The notes beneath the pieces were generated by a model that saw only the letters and a list, made by a program, of their open reading frames with translations, made no database searches and had not been told where the DNA came from. This document shows positions 35,454 to 48,100 of a stretch of DNA of 64,000 nt, piece after piece. How positions within the stretch are numbered: position 1 is the stretch's first letter; each line of letters opens with the position of its first letter. The position numbers were made by a program, and so were the translations under genes. This DNA is from Podarcis cretensis (lineage: Eukaryota), in assembly GCA_951804945.1 (NCBI GenBank), contig OX638149.1, positions 101,618,001 through 101,682,000 of the forward strand, read 5' to 3'.

Positions 35454-37368
35454 AAGGATGTTGGAATGAAGCTATGTGGTTTTAGCAGAAATGTTATAAA
35501 GGATTAAGTAAAAATGGATTGGTAATTAGTGAAAGAGGAGAATGTAAAATTATAGTATATCAAGATAAATTTTTAGGATAAAAACAAAGATGGAAAGGAT
35601 TTGCTGAAATATCTAATTGAACTAGAATACAAAAAAGGGAGGTGTGAGGAGGTCAAGGAAATAAGCAAAGGAAAGAAAGTTATGTAAAGGTTGGATTTGT
35701 TTGGGTTTTTTTGGTATTTTTTGTGTGCTTTGTTTGCTTAACTTTTTCTATTTTTCTTTCTGTAACCTTCAAACTTTAATAAAATCTATTATAAAAAAAG
35801 AAAAGAATTTGATATTCTTAAGAATATATCACATTTTGACAATTTTTTCCACATTAAAGCAAAGAGCCGAGAAATATAGATGGGTCGAGTGTTTAAGGAG
35901 ACTCTTGAAATTCAGTGTCTTCTCTCTCTGAGGCAAGTGAACCCTAGTTTAAGTTTGGAAGCGCCCCACTCAGGCTTGTCCAGTGAATTGGGATTCACAC
36001 CTGTGAAGCTGTCATGTGCACCCAAGGATCCTCCAGGCTTGCTAGCCCCAAATTAATGACGGCTCAACATGAGGAATTGGCTGAGAAGAGCTGTCATTTG
36101 CAAGTAGGGAATCATGAGCATGTCAGTTCCATTCAGTTCTGTTTCAGCTCCATTGCCTGTCTCATCCTCATAACTTATAACCAATCATCCATGTGGCCAG
36201 CAGGGCATGCACATGCTTTATAATTTCCTATTGCTTCATATTAATGCTCCCAGTTTAATGCAAATGGTATAGACAGTGAGCAACATGTGCTAAAATATGC
36301 TAGCATAACACAGTGGAATAACATTAAGAGAGTATTTTATATTGAGAAATGGGGGATTCCACACACACACATTGCCCACAGTTCTATGTATATTTGAACA
36401 AGTGTTGTATATTGTTTATACAGTGATTTAATCAAAACACACTTAGATTCTGCTGGGAAAGAATAATTTAGAATAAAGTCAACTGTCAAGGGATGGAAAT
36501 AGAAACTGCACAGTTTTACAAGCACAAACACTCACTTTATTGAAAGCAATCCATCTCTTTCATGTACTCATATTCCTAGCAGTTAAAAGATTTTTCAGTT
36601 AATCATAACGTAGAGTGTATTCAGCTGAATTTATGACAGATATTAAGAACATCTGCCCCCATATTAGAGTGAAATTTCACTGTGAAGCATCAAGACTCTA
36701 AAATGTATTCAGATGAAATGTTGCTGTGTTTTAAAACATGAAACCCAAGAATGTGTCAAGATCGTTTATGGGAAATGTTGTAAATGCCAGTGTTTTATTA
36801 TAAGGAACATACAAGCTTTCAGAAAGATATGGTAGCTGCCAGATGGCCAGAATAAGCCTACAGTTACTATTTAGCTTCTCATTCTAAGAATTATACATTG
36901 CTTTCTACAGCTATAGCATCTCTCCTTACCCTCCAATGCCTTAAACAAGCACGTCTGGAATATTTACTCAGCAAATAGTAGATCCTTCCCAAGTCATCAT
37001 ATCTCCTTTGCCTGCAAACTGCACATTAATTCCAAATACTGTTTCTTTTTTTTGTTCCAACCTTTATACACTGCATTACTTCTGTGCCTATTTAGAACTT
37101 ATGGAGATACAGTTGTAGCAAGGCTTAGTAACCAGGACAGTTGTAACCAGGACTTAGTCAAGGTATTGGTTTCCAGGGAAAAGGCTCAGTCCTTCAACAT
37201 GCAAAGTAATAAATATTTTTAAAGCCCCTTGAACAGATGAACTGTGCTTCTCTCTCACTACCAGCTGAAGATCAAAGATGGCACAGAATGCAACATTAAG
37301 GTGCAAACCTTGTGCAGTTGGGTTGGTGAGAAACCAGTGAAGGTTTAGCAGAGCAATCACAGCATTGC

Positions 37369-37690
37369 AGTGGCGTAAGTGTGTGTTGCCAGCGCCCGGG
37401 GCTGCACGTAGGTGGGTGGGAGGGAGGGAGGGAGGGAAATGGATAGAGTATGCATGTGCATTCAACTGCCTAATGGCATCTGCATCACCCAGGAGATTGC
37501 AGCCACAGAGATAATAAAAGAAGAGTCGTTCTGTGGTCTAGAGAGGTCACTTCTTGGTTTGCAGGGAGAAGCCGTTTTCAACGGAGCCCAGCGACAGAAG
37601 CATACAGCTGTATTGAGGCAGCATAGGGTGTTGAAATGTGCCCCTAACAATTTTGCACCCTGGACAACCGTCCCTCTGCCATCCCTTGAA
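37369..37690. mobile_element. Degenerate non-autonomous hAT element
   Basis: Starts CAGTGGCGTA...gcgcccggggc; ends with ttttgcaccctggacaaccgtccc subterminal motifs; right boundary unclear. Confidence 0.45.
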
Positions 37691-39241
37691 TGTATTAAAA
37701 CATTAAAAGTGCTACAGTGGTGGCATAGCACAACTTTAATCCAGCTTGGGGGGGGGGAGAGATTGGGCAGTAATTGAGTGAATGCCTCTTGCAACTAGAC
37801 ATGTTGGTAATTAATGGGAGTTCAGGAGAGAAAACAGTCCGACGCAGGATGCCAACCGTTCATTTAAGGCACAAGGTTGGATGGGAACTGGACAAGGCTG
37901 GAAAACCTCACAACCCCTAAATACACTAATTCCTTTTTTTTCCTGTGTGTGGGAGAGTGTGATTTTTCATCCCTTTTGAAAACTTTACAACTAACATGTT
38001 ACTCCTCCTCCTCTAAAATTTGAACTGGCTGTGTGGAGGAATAATGCGGGCAGACTGGGGGAGCATCAGGAAGCAAGTAACATAATGGTATGTTGCGCAA
38101 ATGGCCCAGTATAAATTTGCCTCAAATTCACAATTAATGACATGTTGCCAAAGACACCTACAGCAGAAGTGTCACTGGGAAGTGACCTTTAAATAAAGGG
38201 ACAAAGGTTTTCAGGTAACCTGCCATCATGAAAGGGATAATCGCTTGGTATGGTGAAGCCCTTGATATTACAAATAAAAGCAAATACCGGTACCTAAGAA
38301 GCATATATCCAGATATTTTCAGCTATTACAGATATAATTTATCAATTATGTACCATATTTTATGTATATTTGCTCAGAAATAAGGCTCATATAATTGAAT
38401 GTGAATAGCTCCAAAGAAAGTAAACAAAGAATTACAGCATAACAATCTGATACCTATTTATTTAGATGTAAGTCCCTGTCGGTTCAATGGGGCACATCCT
38501 CATGTAACTTTGCATATGATTTCAGCCTGAGAGTGCAAAACCTATCCATGTTTACTTGCACTGAATCATACCCAGGTAAGTGTGTTTACAATTTCAGCCT
38601 TAGCAATTGACTTGGAATATCTTGCACAGTAGGTGCCCTTGTGGCATATCAGTTGTTTCTGAGTTGGTTGAGCATTTTATTAGCTGCAAGAGATATTTAT
38701 TTCAGTAACAGATTGATACTTTAAGTACCTAATGATATATTTAAAATGCAGTAAAAACAATCCATGGCTAAGCAATTTATCTGGCGGGGGCAAGGGAAGA
38801 TGAAGCCACTAACTACAGTGGCAGGGAAATAATACAAGCCGACACCCCAATTTTGCAGTTCATGGCATGCAATTACACAAATGAATTTCTACTTAATTCA
38901 ATGGGGCTTCAAGTGAGCTTCAATTCCACCCACTATACTCCAAGCTGATATATTAGTGTCTTAAGGGTTAAATTTAAGTGTTAAAAAAGGTAAGAGAACA
39001 ATGTTTCCATGCCTCTCAATTCAATCTTTTTGCCATGACCCTAGTTATTCATAAATGAATGAGTAAAGGCAGATTACTGTTCCTATCAAACTAACTGTTG
39101 GCTTTACTTGAACTCTACAGAGAATTGTGACTGTATTCGTGTGCTTCTGCAAAACACTTGAAATGCAGGACACTTGTTTTTATTACCTGCCCATGTTTTC
39201 TTTATTAAAGCTATCCAGAATCCAGGACTACTAAAACAACT

Positions 39242-39360
39242 GGGTGGTAGCCAACTAAGTTTTACTCAGAGTAGACCCATTAAAATTAATGAGCATAATT
39301 AAGTTAGATCCATTAATTTGATTGGATCTGCTCTGAGTAAAACTTAGTTGAATACCACTC
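39242..39360. mobile_element. Palindromic MITE
   Basis: Arms gggtggtagccaactaagttttactcagagtaga / tctgctctgagtaaaacttagttgaataccactc; related copies at about 11189-11885 (split) and 40189-40300. Confidence 0.75.
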
Positions 39361-39563
39361 ATAATTCAGAGCAAACAGGAACAACAGTCCTCTCACCCTA
39401 TACTAGAATAGGAATGGGCCAATCTGTCACTTTTGGTTTATCTCAGTTCCTCATTTTTCCAGTCCCTGTCACATCTCTACACCAGGTTGCAACTTTAAAA
39501 ATAATAATCTTCAGCATTTTAAAGAACATTTCTCTACAATTTAATGCAAGGTTACCACCGCAT

Positions 39564-39906
39564 GGGACGCAGGTGGTGCTGTAGTCTAAACCACAGAGCC
39601 TAGAGCTTGCCGATCAGAAGGTCAGTGGTTTTAATTCCCGTGACGGGGTGAGCTCCCGTTGCTCGGTCCCAAATCCTGAAAACCTAGCAATTCGAAAGTA
39701 GATAAATAGGTACCTCTCCGGTGGGAAGGTAAACGGTGTTTCGGTGCACTGCTCTGGTTCGCCAGAAGCGGCTTAGTCATGCTGGCCACATGACCCGGAA
39801 GCTGTATGCCGGCTCCCTTGGCCAATAAAGCGAGATGAGCACCGCAACCCCAGAGTTGTCCGCGACTGGACCTAATGGTCAGGGGTCCCTTTACCTTTAC
39901 CTTACC
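39564..39906 (+). mobile_element. Sauria SINE, full length
   Basis: GGGACGCAGGTGG tRNA-like head, conserved body, (ACCTTT)n tail; inserted into an older AT-rich repeat that also occurs near 59745-60000. Confidence 0.92.
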
Positions 39907-42676
39907 TAACATACACATTTTCCCAAGCTATGTTCCCAGATACAATGCATTTTTGTATTCATGCTTTCACTGATATGAGTATTTTTATCCACATTTTCAG
40001 CAAATGTATGCATTTTTCCAACAACAAAAAAAGATGGGGGGAGGTCGGAAAAATGCACCACAAAATTCAGAGAAGTGAATATTTCAAAGGATTGCTATAT
40101 TTCATTTCACCTGATGTTTTGGAAAGTACAGGTTAGGTAGGCATTCATAAAAGTGGAAGCTGAACTGAACTTTTCACCCATCCCGATAATGGCTCCAACT
40201 ATGCCCAACTTGTAGAAGTTAATGGCCCTAAGTTAGTCCTGTCAATTAACTCCAGTGGTCCTACTCTAATGGTTCTAATGTTGGCTAGGAAAAACCACCC
40301 TCTGTAACACTCCCCCCCCCCGAACTTCCTATTCTGTTCTGTTGGAACAAGATGGGATGGATTTTGGGGTTTAAGGGAGCAGGTTGTTTGCAAATGTCAC
40401 CTTCCTCTGTCTCTGCCCATGGAATCCTTCTGCTGGATCAAAAGCATTCTGTGGCTGAAAGAGCCTGTTTATTTGTTGGCAAAGAAGCCAGGACCCAACC
40501 CTCTGTATTTTAAATGACTGGAATGTACAGCTGACCAGTATAATGAATCTGGAAACAATTACTTTCTAAGGTTTTCAAGCACACCTTTGGTCAAACATTA
40601 TGAATAAATGTTTGTTGTTGTTGTTTGGTAGAAATAAATATGAAGCAGTACCACATGAGCCTGAAGTTGTTTACAATCCTAAAACCCAGGGTGGAATACT
40701 ACATCTATTAAACATGGGTTACTTTATTTATGCTAAACAGTTCAGTACCTAGTTATTAGCATCTTGTATGGGAACATAAATAACACAAGTTAGGCTTTGG
40801 ATATTTCTTCAGGGAATAGCAGCAGACTATGTTATGTTGGTACATCTGTCATGATTGGCAGCTGCTCCTAGAAAAAAAATATAATGAATACCTTTGTGTT
40901 ATTCATCAGAGTTGTAAAAAGAAATGGGGTGGGGTTGGGGCGTGGAGACTCACCTAGCCAGAATACTTGCCTTTTTTTAAGTAACACAGCAGATAATTTT
41001 TGAACAACCCTACATTTCGGGCCTTAATTATCAATCAGCTGAGACTGTAAAGTAGAGGCTGAAAATTAGGGCAGCATAGTAAACATGAAGTTTTATAACT
41101 AAGCTGCAGAATTATCCCTAATGATCTTCTTTTTCACTTATACCCTGAGCAAAGAGGGTGGTTTGCAACATGTCTAGAAAACCAAACAGCACTGGGACAC
41201 TTATAACCCCCCCCCCCGGGGATATATGGCAAGCTGCTTGTTTATTTTTATTTGTTTATTTATTTCATCAAGATGGCCTCATTTTAGTTTTTGTTTTGCT
41301 TTGCTGAGTCTGGAAATGGGTTTCTAGAAGGCAGCACAAAGATGATTCAGAAGACTTGCCATTTTTTTTCCAACTTAGCAAACGCCCCAGACCACTATGG
41401 AAGCTGTGTTAAGTGCAAGCCTGCAGCTGAGTTACATCCGTAGACCACAGGGTCATGCTCCAACAGTGGAGGGGCACACAGAATCTCCCACTGTGCTGTT
41501 TGGGAGGTGTAGGCTGTTTGGGAGCTACTGCTGGTAGTGTTGCTGCCAGCAGCAGTTGTTGCAAGGCTCAGATATAGGGCATTTGAAAGGTGAGGGTGGA
41601 GAAACACTGACCAAGGATCTGCCAGATCCTCTGTTGACCCATTGACAGGTGAGACCAGATTTGGACCACTCTGTTGCATCATCCTGGAGCTGGTGCAGCG
41701 AAAAAGAAAAACATGTGCTCCATCTTCTGCCCTGACCATCAAGGATGTGGCATTGATTCTGCTGTTCCAATTCAGTCCCAGGTTCTTTCTGAGAGCTTTT
41801 TCACATGGGACAGTGCATATCGAGATAACAATTTACCAACTGTGCATATAGATATATGGCTATAGAAATGAATTTTTCATCAAAAGTAACTATGGTTTAC
41901 ATAAGTTATTTGTTATTTACTGCTCTGCTGTATATTACAAGACTAGCCAAACTGAAATTATTTAGCCTATAAATCTTTCAGAAGCCAGTAAAACACCATT
42001 TGCTTCTCTTGGTTATAGGCCACCTGGCTTTAAGAGGTCACTGATACTGTAGTTCAACTTCCAATCAGAAGTGGTCCTAGTTTGTGATGCATAGGGGAAA
42101 TGGTGTAGAACTGAGGCACATTCATTGCACATTATTTCTGTTGCAAGACCTGAAATTACATGCTTGGTGCTAGCAAATGGAATGTTTTGGATGGGTTGCA
42201 AAAGTGCTGCTCTGTGCAGCATTAAAGCCTGAGGTGGTGCTCTGGCATTCTGAGACAATCTGAAATGTTACAGAGAGCTGGCTCTGCAACAGCAAGAACT
42301 GCCATGCTCATTATATAGAATTACGAAAAACAGCTCAACAGAATCTACATGTGTCCATGGTGAAGCTAAGGATCTCTAACATATATGCCATTCTGAAGCT
42401 TTTAAAGGTATAAGAAATCAAGCTACATTGGAGCATACATGCCTGAGTTATAGCAGCACTCGAAGACAGTAGGAAAGTGACCATCAGAAGGCAGTACACA
42501 TGTTGTTAAAGCTAGGCTGTTACATGCTTGTTCCTGCACATCCTGCCCTGGACTTTGAATATAGGTTATTTTTGCCCATGTCATATAAGAACTCATCAGT
42601 TTCTGGTGTAGAGGATCACAAATAAGGGTATTTCATCATTCAGTTCTGCAGTCAGACATAACATTAGACCCTGGAC

Positions 42677-42726
<50 letters not shown>

Positions 42727-42768
42727 TAATTTTATTTATATCCCGCCCTCCCCAGCCAAAGCCGGGCT
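42677..42768 (-). repeat. (AAT)n microsatellite as tail of a short LINE/SINE 3' fragment
   Basis: (TAA)n followed by tttatttatatcccgccctccccagcc. Confidence 0.75.
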
Positions 42769-44936
42769 TGTCTTATAGGGGCCCTATCTAGGTGATGTGC
42801 CAGTTGCAGGTGACGATTTTCAGGTCCATTCTGATGCATTAGGGAGTATGGGTTTCAGAGTTTATTTAGGGGTTGCTGGTGAGCTCAGCCTTGCCTGGCA
42901 CATTGGAAGGGCTAAGGTATCAAACATGATCTAATATTCCTGGACCCCCCCCCATCCTCATTGTGAGGGGATCTTCTGAAACCACAGGGTGTACTTCTAA
43001 GCAGATAACCAGGCAGTAGTCAGGATTTTAGCCAAGCAGTCATCCTGGTTGGACTGGGTACTCCAGTTGCTTAGAGCCTTTGTGCTTCTTTAAAAATAAG
43101 AAGAAAGGGTCTGGTTGATGAAACAGCAACCAGCATTCACTCCACTTGACCCCTGCTGCTGATGCTGGGCCTATTTGCCAAGGATGCATCATCATCTGCT
43201 ACTATTTGAAAGTCATAAGGGGGTGATGGAGCCCTGAACTTCTACTGCACCAGTGCTTCCATAAGAAAATTAAATGACCTCAAAAACACTGTCCACTCAT
43301 AGTAATATAAAATGCAACACATTGCTACTTGTTTTGGTATATCACATTATTTCTGTAACCAAAGAAGACAGCAAAAACGTACGAGGGTTATTTTACAAAA
43401 GAGAAGCGGTGATTATATGTTTCGCTAAGATACCGTAGGCATCTAATGTGATATATAGACTTGTAAATTGTGGTTGCAACAGGTAAAAAAGATGCTTTGC
43501 GTTTTAAGATGAGACCTTTTGGATAATTCCACACTTCAGATCAAGTGTGCCTCATACAGCCTTCTAAGCATGCTGGAATTAAAACTGATCAGTCTTGCTT
43601 TGTTAAGCACCCTTGTGTGAAAACGATTTTTTTTCCCCTGTGAAAACGATTTTTTTTTTCCTGTGAAAACTGATTCTGTATGTTTCTAACAAAAAGGGTT
43701 TTGCTATTATGAATCTGAAAAATCATGGTTTTGTGAGTAAATAAGATTATTTCCCCCCCTGTACCATTGTCAACTGCAAACATTAACACCTGTGTCTATC
43801 ATCAGCCAATACCTGAGCCACTTTTAATCCATAATGTTGTGTCACTGGACATTGCTATGAGTGGGGAACAGTGTCTTCTAGGGTTTGTATTTTAACCTAC
43901 TTTACTGAATTATAAAATAAAAAATGTACTTCAAGTAAAGTATGGAGGGAAGCATTTGGAAAGTATAACTTTTATTTTCTGCTTTTGTCCACAAATATCT
44001 TAGCTCTTCCTGAGCAATACTGGAGATCATAAAAAGTAAACCCAGAAGAAAAGCATTTCCACAGTCTCTGAAACACTTTACTATAACAAATACTTTCAGA
44101 GTGATATTTTGAGGATTGTTGGTTCTTGTCTATTGTACCTTAGAAGCTTTTCTGGAGGAAAAAGTCAATGCATTGTTGGGGGGTCCTCCTCCCATTTCTC
44201 TTTATCGTAGTCTCTTGGGTAACCTTTCTTCCTTGTGTTTTTTTTTTAAGAGCACTTTAAAGTGTGCTTTAGTACTCAATTCATCCTCTGCACTTCACTC
44301 TCTTTTTGCTATCTCTGACAGTGAGTTGTCGTGCCCTTGACAGGTATAACACACTAACTTTTTCCTTTTTAAATGTTCAGAATGAGTTAATAGAACCATA
44401 ATATCTCTTTAATGTCACCTTTAACATGTAGGACCAGTCATCAACAGAGACTTTAAGTTTACTTGCCAACATCTAGAAATCCAAAATATGTTGCTTTTCT
44501 CCATGGTCTTTAAATCCCTAAATATTTTGTCTCTATTACCGTACTTCAACCAGAATGATTTGGCCATACCTGAACCATACAGTTGAAGCACAAGGCTCCC
44601 CCCCCCCCAAAAAAAATGGGAAATGCAGTTTGCTAAGGGTGCTGAGAACTGAAGCTTTGTGAGGGGTAAACTACAAATAAGGAAATTCAAGAAGACATGA
44701 CCATATTTGCATTCACTGGGATCATCTATCAAAATTGAGATTGAATATACAGTGGATTTAATGATTATTTGAATTTGTAAACTTTTAACTAGGCACTTCA
44801 TGCTTAGTTTTCTACAACAAAGTTAGTTTTCTGTTAATTATGAAACATTGCTAAACATGAGCAGTTAAATATGAAGTCCTGAATGGTCTGCTTGTAAGAC
44901 CTTCAAGCTGAGCTATGTAACAACTCAGAATAGGTA

Positions 44937-44937
44937 A

Positions 44938-44982
<45 letters not shown>

Positions 44983-45108
44983 CAACAGCAAAAATTTATT
45001 ATTTATACCCCACCCATCTGGCTGGGTTTCCCTAACCACTCTCGGACGCTTCCAACAAAATATTTAAAATACAATAAAACATCAGACATTAAAAACTTCC
45101 CTAAGCAT
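44937..45108 (-). mobile_element. L2-like 3' fragment with (CAG)n(CAA)n tail
   Basis: Microsatellite at 44937-44989, then tttataccccacccatctggctggg...aaaacttccct, the same tail as inside 6644-7039. Confidence 0.7.
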
Positions 45109-48100
45109 TATGTGCAAAGTTTACACATTCAGGAAACATGCAAGGTGGCTGAAGAAAGGAAAATCAATAAATTGCATGGTCACTGTATCTTAACTGACAA
45201 TGTTTCTACATAGGAAATCCATAGTAAGGTGAATGGGATGGGGAGTGGGGAAAGAAGAGTAATGAAAGGCAGAAAACCAGGGGCGTTTTTTAACCAGAAA
45301 GGGTGAAATTGTCTTTTAAATAGCTTGGAATCCATTGTAATGTTAGCGCAAGTTGCTGTAAATTGTCCTGATATTATTTTACAAATAGTGCTATATAAAT
45401 ATTTTTTATAAATAAGGGGCTACAACATAGCTTAAATATAGTTCAGGGGGAGCAGCATCTTTTCAACAAGCTAAGTGGCTCCCAGATGGCTCCGTCCTCT
45501 CTCCTCTCTAGAGAAGAGAGCACCAAAAGTAAAAGCTGGGAGAAGCAGTGATGCCAAGTCCTTTTTCCACCTCTTAGATATTCTAGCCGCTGGTAAGTGT
45601 CCATGCACATGCACTGGTCCCACCAGTGCACCAACATTTCCTCAACGTCACCCCTACTGTACCCTGCTCCAGGAGATCAGCTCTGTGCCACCACATGTGT
45701 CACTGTTGAGTGAATGATTGAATTAGCCATGTGGAAAGTGGCAAACACTGACTGGCAGTGTCTATGCTGCCACAAAGCACTTTCTGCTTTCCTCTGCCAG
45801 ACAAGACTGCAAGGCTTCATGGCAGCACTTACCCATATGACAGTTTTCTGGTGCTTAATTTGTCTTTCCATTATTCCTTATGTTATGCTATGCTATGTTA
45901 CTTAATAATAAGGACAGAGGTTGCTTCTTAGAGAAATTGTTTTCTCTGAGAATCGAACTGAGAAAGTTTTACATGGACTTAACTCTGAAATGTGCATTTT
46001 CTTTCCTGAAGCTGTTTTCATCACTCTGTGTGAGCAAAAACCTCCCCCCCCCCACAAAATTCATTTCCTTCTCATTATCATCAGAGTCAGGCTCATTTTC
46101 TCACTTGCACCATCACTTTTAATTATATCCAGTCTCGTTGTGTTATATTATTTCATACATTAGTCTTCATAACCATGTAGCTTGTGATCCTGTCAGTATC
46201 AGTGATAGCGGCAGGGAATGTCATAGTGATTTTTGCGTCCAGTTTTGCAGCATTTTTTCTTTCAACTTTACCACAAAAAATAAATAAATTAAGAAATTGA
46301 GACTTGCCATCACATCCATGTGTCAAATCAGCATGTCTGTACATTTTGCTGTGGTTATTCCACAGTCCCATGGAAAATCGTACAACATCCTTTCCTTATG
46401 GCCAGAATATAGTTGAAACAAGTAGGTTTATTGTCCACATTTGTATTCCAGCCCTCTTCCAACTTAAGTTAAAGTTTTAAAAACAACTGAAAAAGCAAAG
46501 TAAAATTCTGTCCCCTTCAAAGAAAGTGACTACAACATCCAGGTGATTAAAAGGTTGATTCTCTTCCATCTGAAGACACAGTGCTGGTGGACCAGAATAA
46601 TCTTAAGAGAGTATCATGAATGCTGCAAACTTTGATTGTTCCCATCCCTGGATAGCATTGCCGCCATGTGTTAAAGAAAGGGATTAGTGCTTCAGATAGC
46701 TGTACGTGGCTCTGATTATTAGAGCATGCTACATACCTCACAGAGCAACTTGGGTGGTTGACAAAGCTGAATTTACTGCTGAAAATGTCTAAAGCTAGGC
46801 TGCTTGCTTGAAGGGGTTTTTTTGTCACAAGCAGTTGCGTTAATTAAAGTTGACAAATCAGAAAGGCTGTTATAGTTATCGGCACTCCGAAGGAGAGGAA
46901 GCCTCTGCAAGCAGTTTCCCCAACCCTTATCTCACCATTTCACCTCATGATGACTTTGCCTTCTTGCAGACATTCTCTTTCCTGACCTAAAGTGATTTCA
47001 AACTTATCAGTGTTCAACAACAAGGAAGACGGTAAGGAGCTTGATGTCTGTTTCCATACCACTAGAGCTTGTACTCTCACCCTTGAGATAAGGACAATGT
47101 TGACATGCACCAAGATTCAAATGATTGTCAGACATGACTGTAATCCGTATTTTGTAGAGTTTCATCAAGCTGCTATAGAGATGCAGTCCCAAGAGAAAAA
47201 GCCCCTCAATACTCATGCGTTTACTGGCATATATTATTTAGGCCTACACCTGTTCTTTACACGTTTGGCTCATCTTACTAAGCTGACTTAAACCTAGATG
47301 GAAACTATAAGGGAGGGGAATTGTATGCTCCTGAAGTTTCTAGATTTGGGATGTCACAGAGAAGAAAGCACCAGGCTTCTTCACACTGAGATGAAGAATG
47401 TGACTGCAGATTTTCAAAATGTACAAAACACAGCTCCTTGCAGTGGACCTTTGTTAAAAACAAACCACCACATAATTCCCACTTAAGCTTTCTATAGAAT
47501 GTTTTATGTGACAGCTCTGTGGTACAGAGCTCTTGCTTTAGCAATCTACAGGTGTGGATGGCACCCTTTCGGTGTACAATTTTCATCTTGGGTGATATGT
47601 GTGAGCATTAGTGCGGTAAAAGAAGGTGGAGAAAAGAAAGATTATGAAAACATGGCTCTTTGGGATGTCAACGGAAAAAGCAGAGAAAAGTAAAAGAACA
47701 ATTATTTTTGAAGGGCCAGTAGACAGGTCTTCAAGGCAAAAAGCTACAACAGACTTCAAGAAACGGAAACAAATGCAAAATAGCAAGTCTGAGGTGAGTA
47801 AGGAAAGAGGGAAAAGGTTATATTTCTGATTGGTTCTTCATACTGCACAGACTAAAAAGACTGCACACCTTCCACTTGCCTGTACACAGAGTCTTTCATA
47901 TGTTATCTAGTGGACAGAGAGTGGGACTTGAATTCAGAAGTTATAGATTTCATTTTGTCTACTGCCATGGACTTCAAAGATGGATTTGGATAAGTCACAT
48001 ATGCAAAATGTCTGAACCTATGGAGCAGGATTTGTTACCTCGGTTTCTCTGGTGGTTTTCTACACATCTTTTTATTTAAAAAAATTCAACATACCAAAAC

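Larger units (their letters stand above)
32660..35805 (+). mobile_element. Full-length L1-clade derivative lacking RT (internally deleted ORF2)
   Basis: 17-bp TSD AATTTGATATTCTTAAG (32643-32659 and 35806-35822); 5' UTR, ORF1, shortened ORF2, AATAAA at about 35778 and an A-rich tail. Confidence 0.92.

Noticed and set aside
43613-43672. Three short direct repeats of TGTGAAAAC(GATTTTTTTT)
   Set aside because: Local slippage-type tandem duplication without unique spacers; not CRISPR-like, and the DNA is eukaryotic.
44937-44989. (CAG)n tract as a polyglutamine exon
   Set aside because: It is the tail of an adjacent LINE 3' fragment and lacks exon context.
46070-46120. Acidic PDSDD-like minus-strand stretch as LRP1B exon 2
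   Set aside because: No cysteine spacing of an LDLa repeat and no matching splice sites; exon 2 was not found in the window.
43960-47830. Cluster of coding-looking short ORFs suggesting a processed pseudogene or endogenous viral element
   Set aside because: Manual translation of parts gave frequent stops and no recognisable motif; no poly(A) tail or TSD found. TBLASTX would be needed to exclude it fully.
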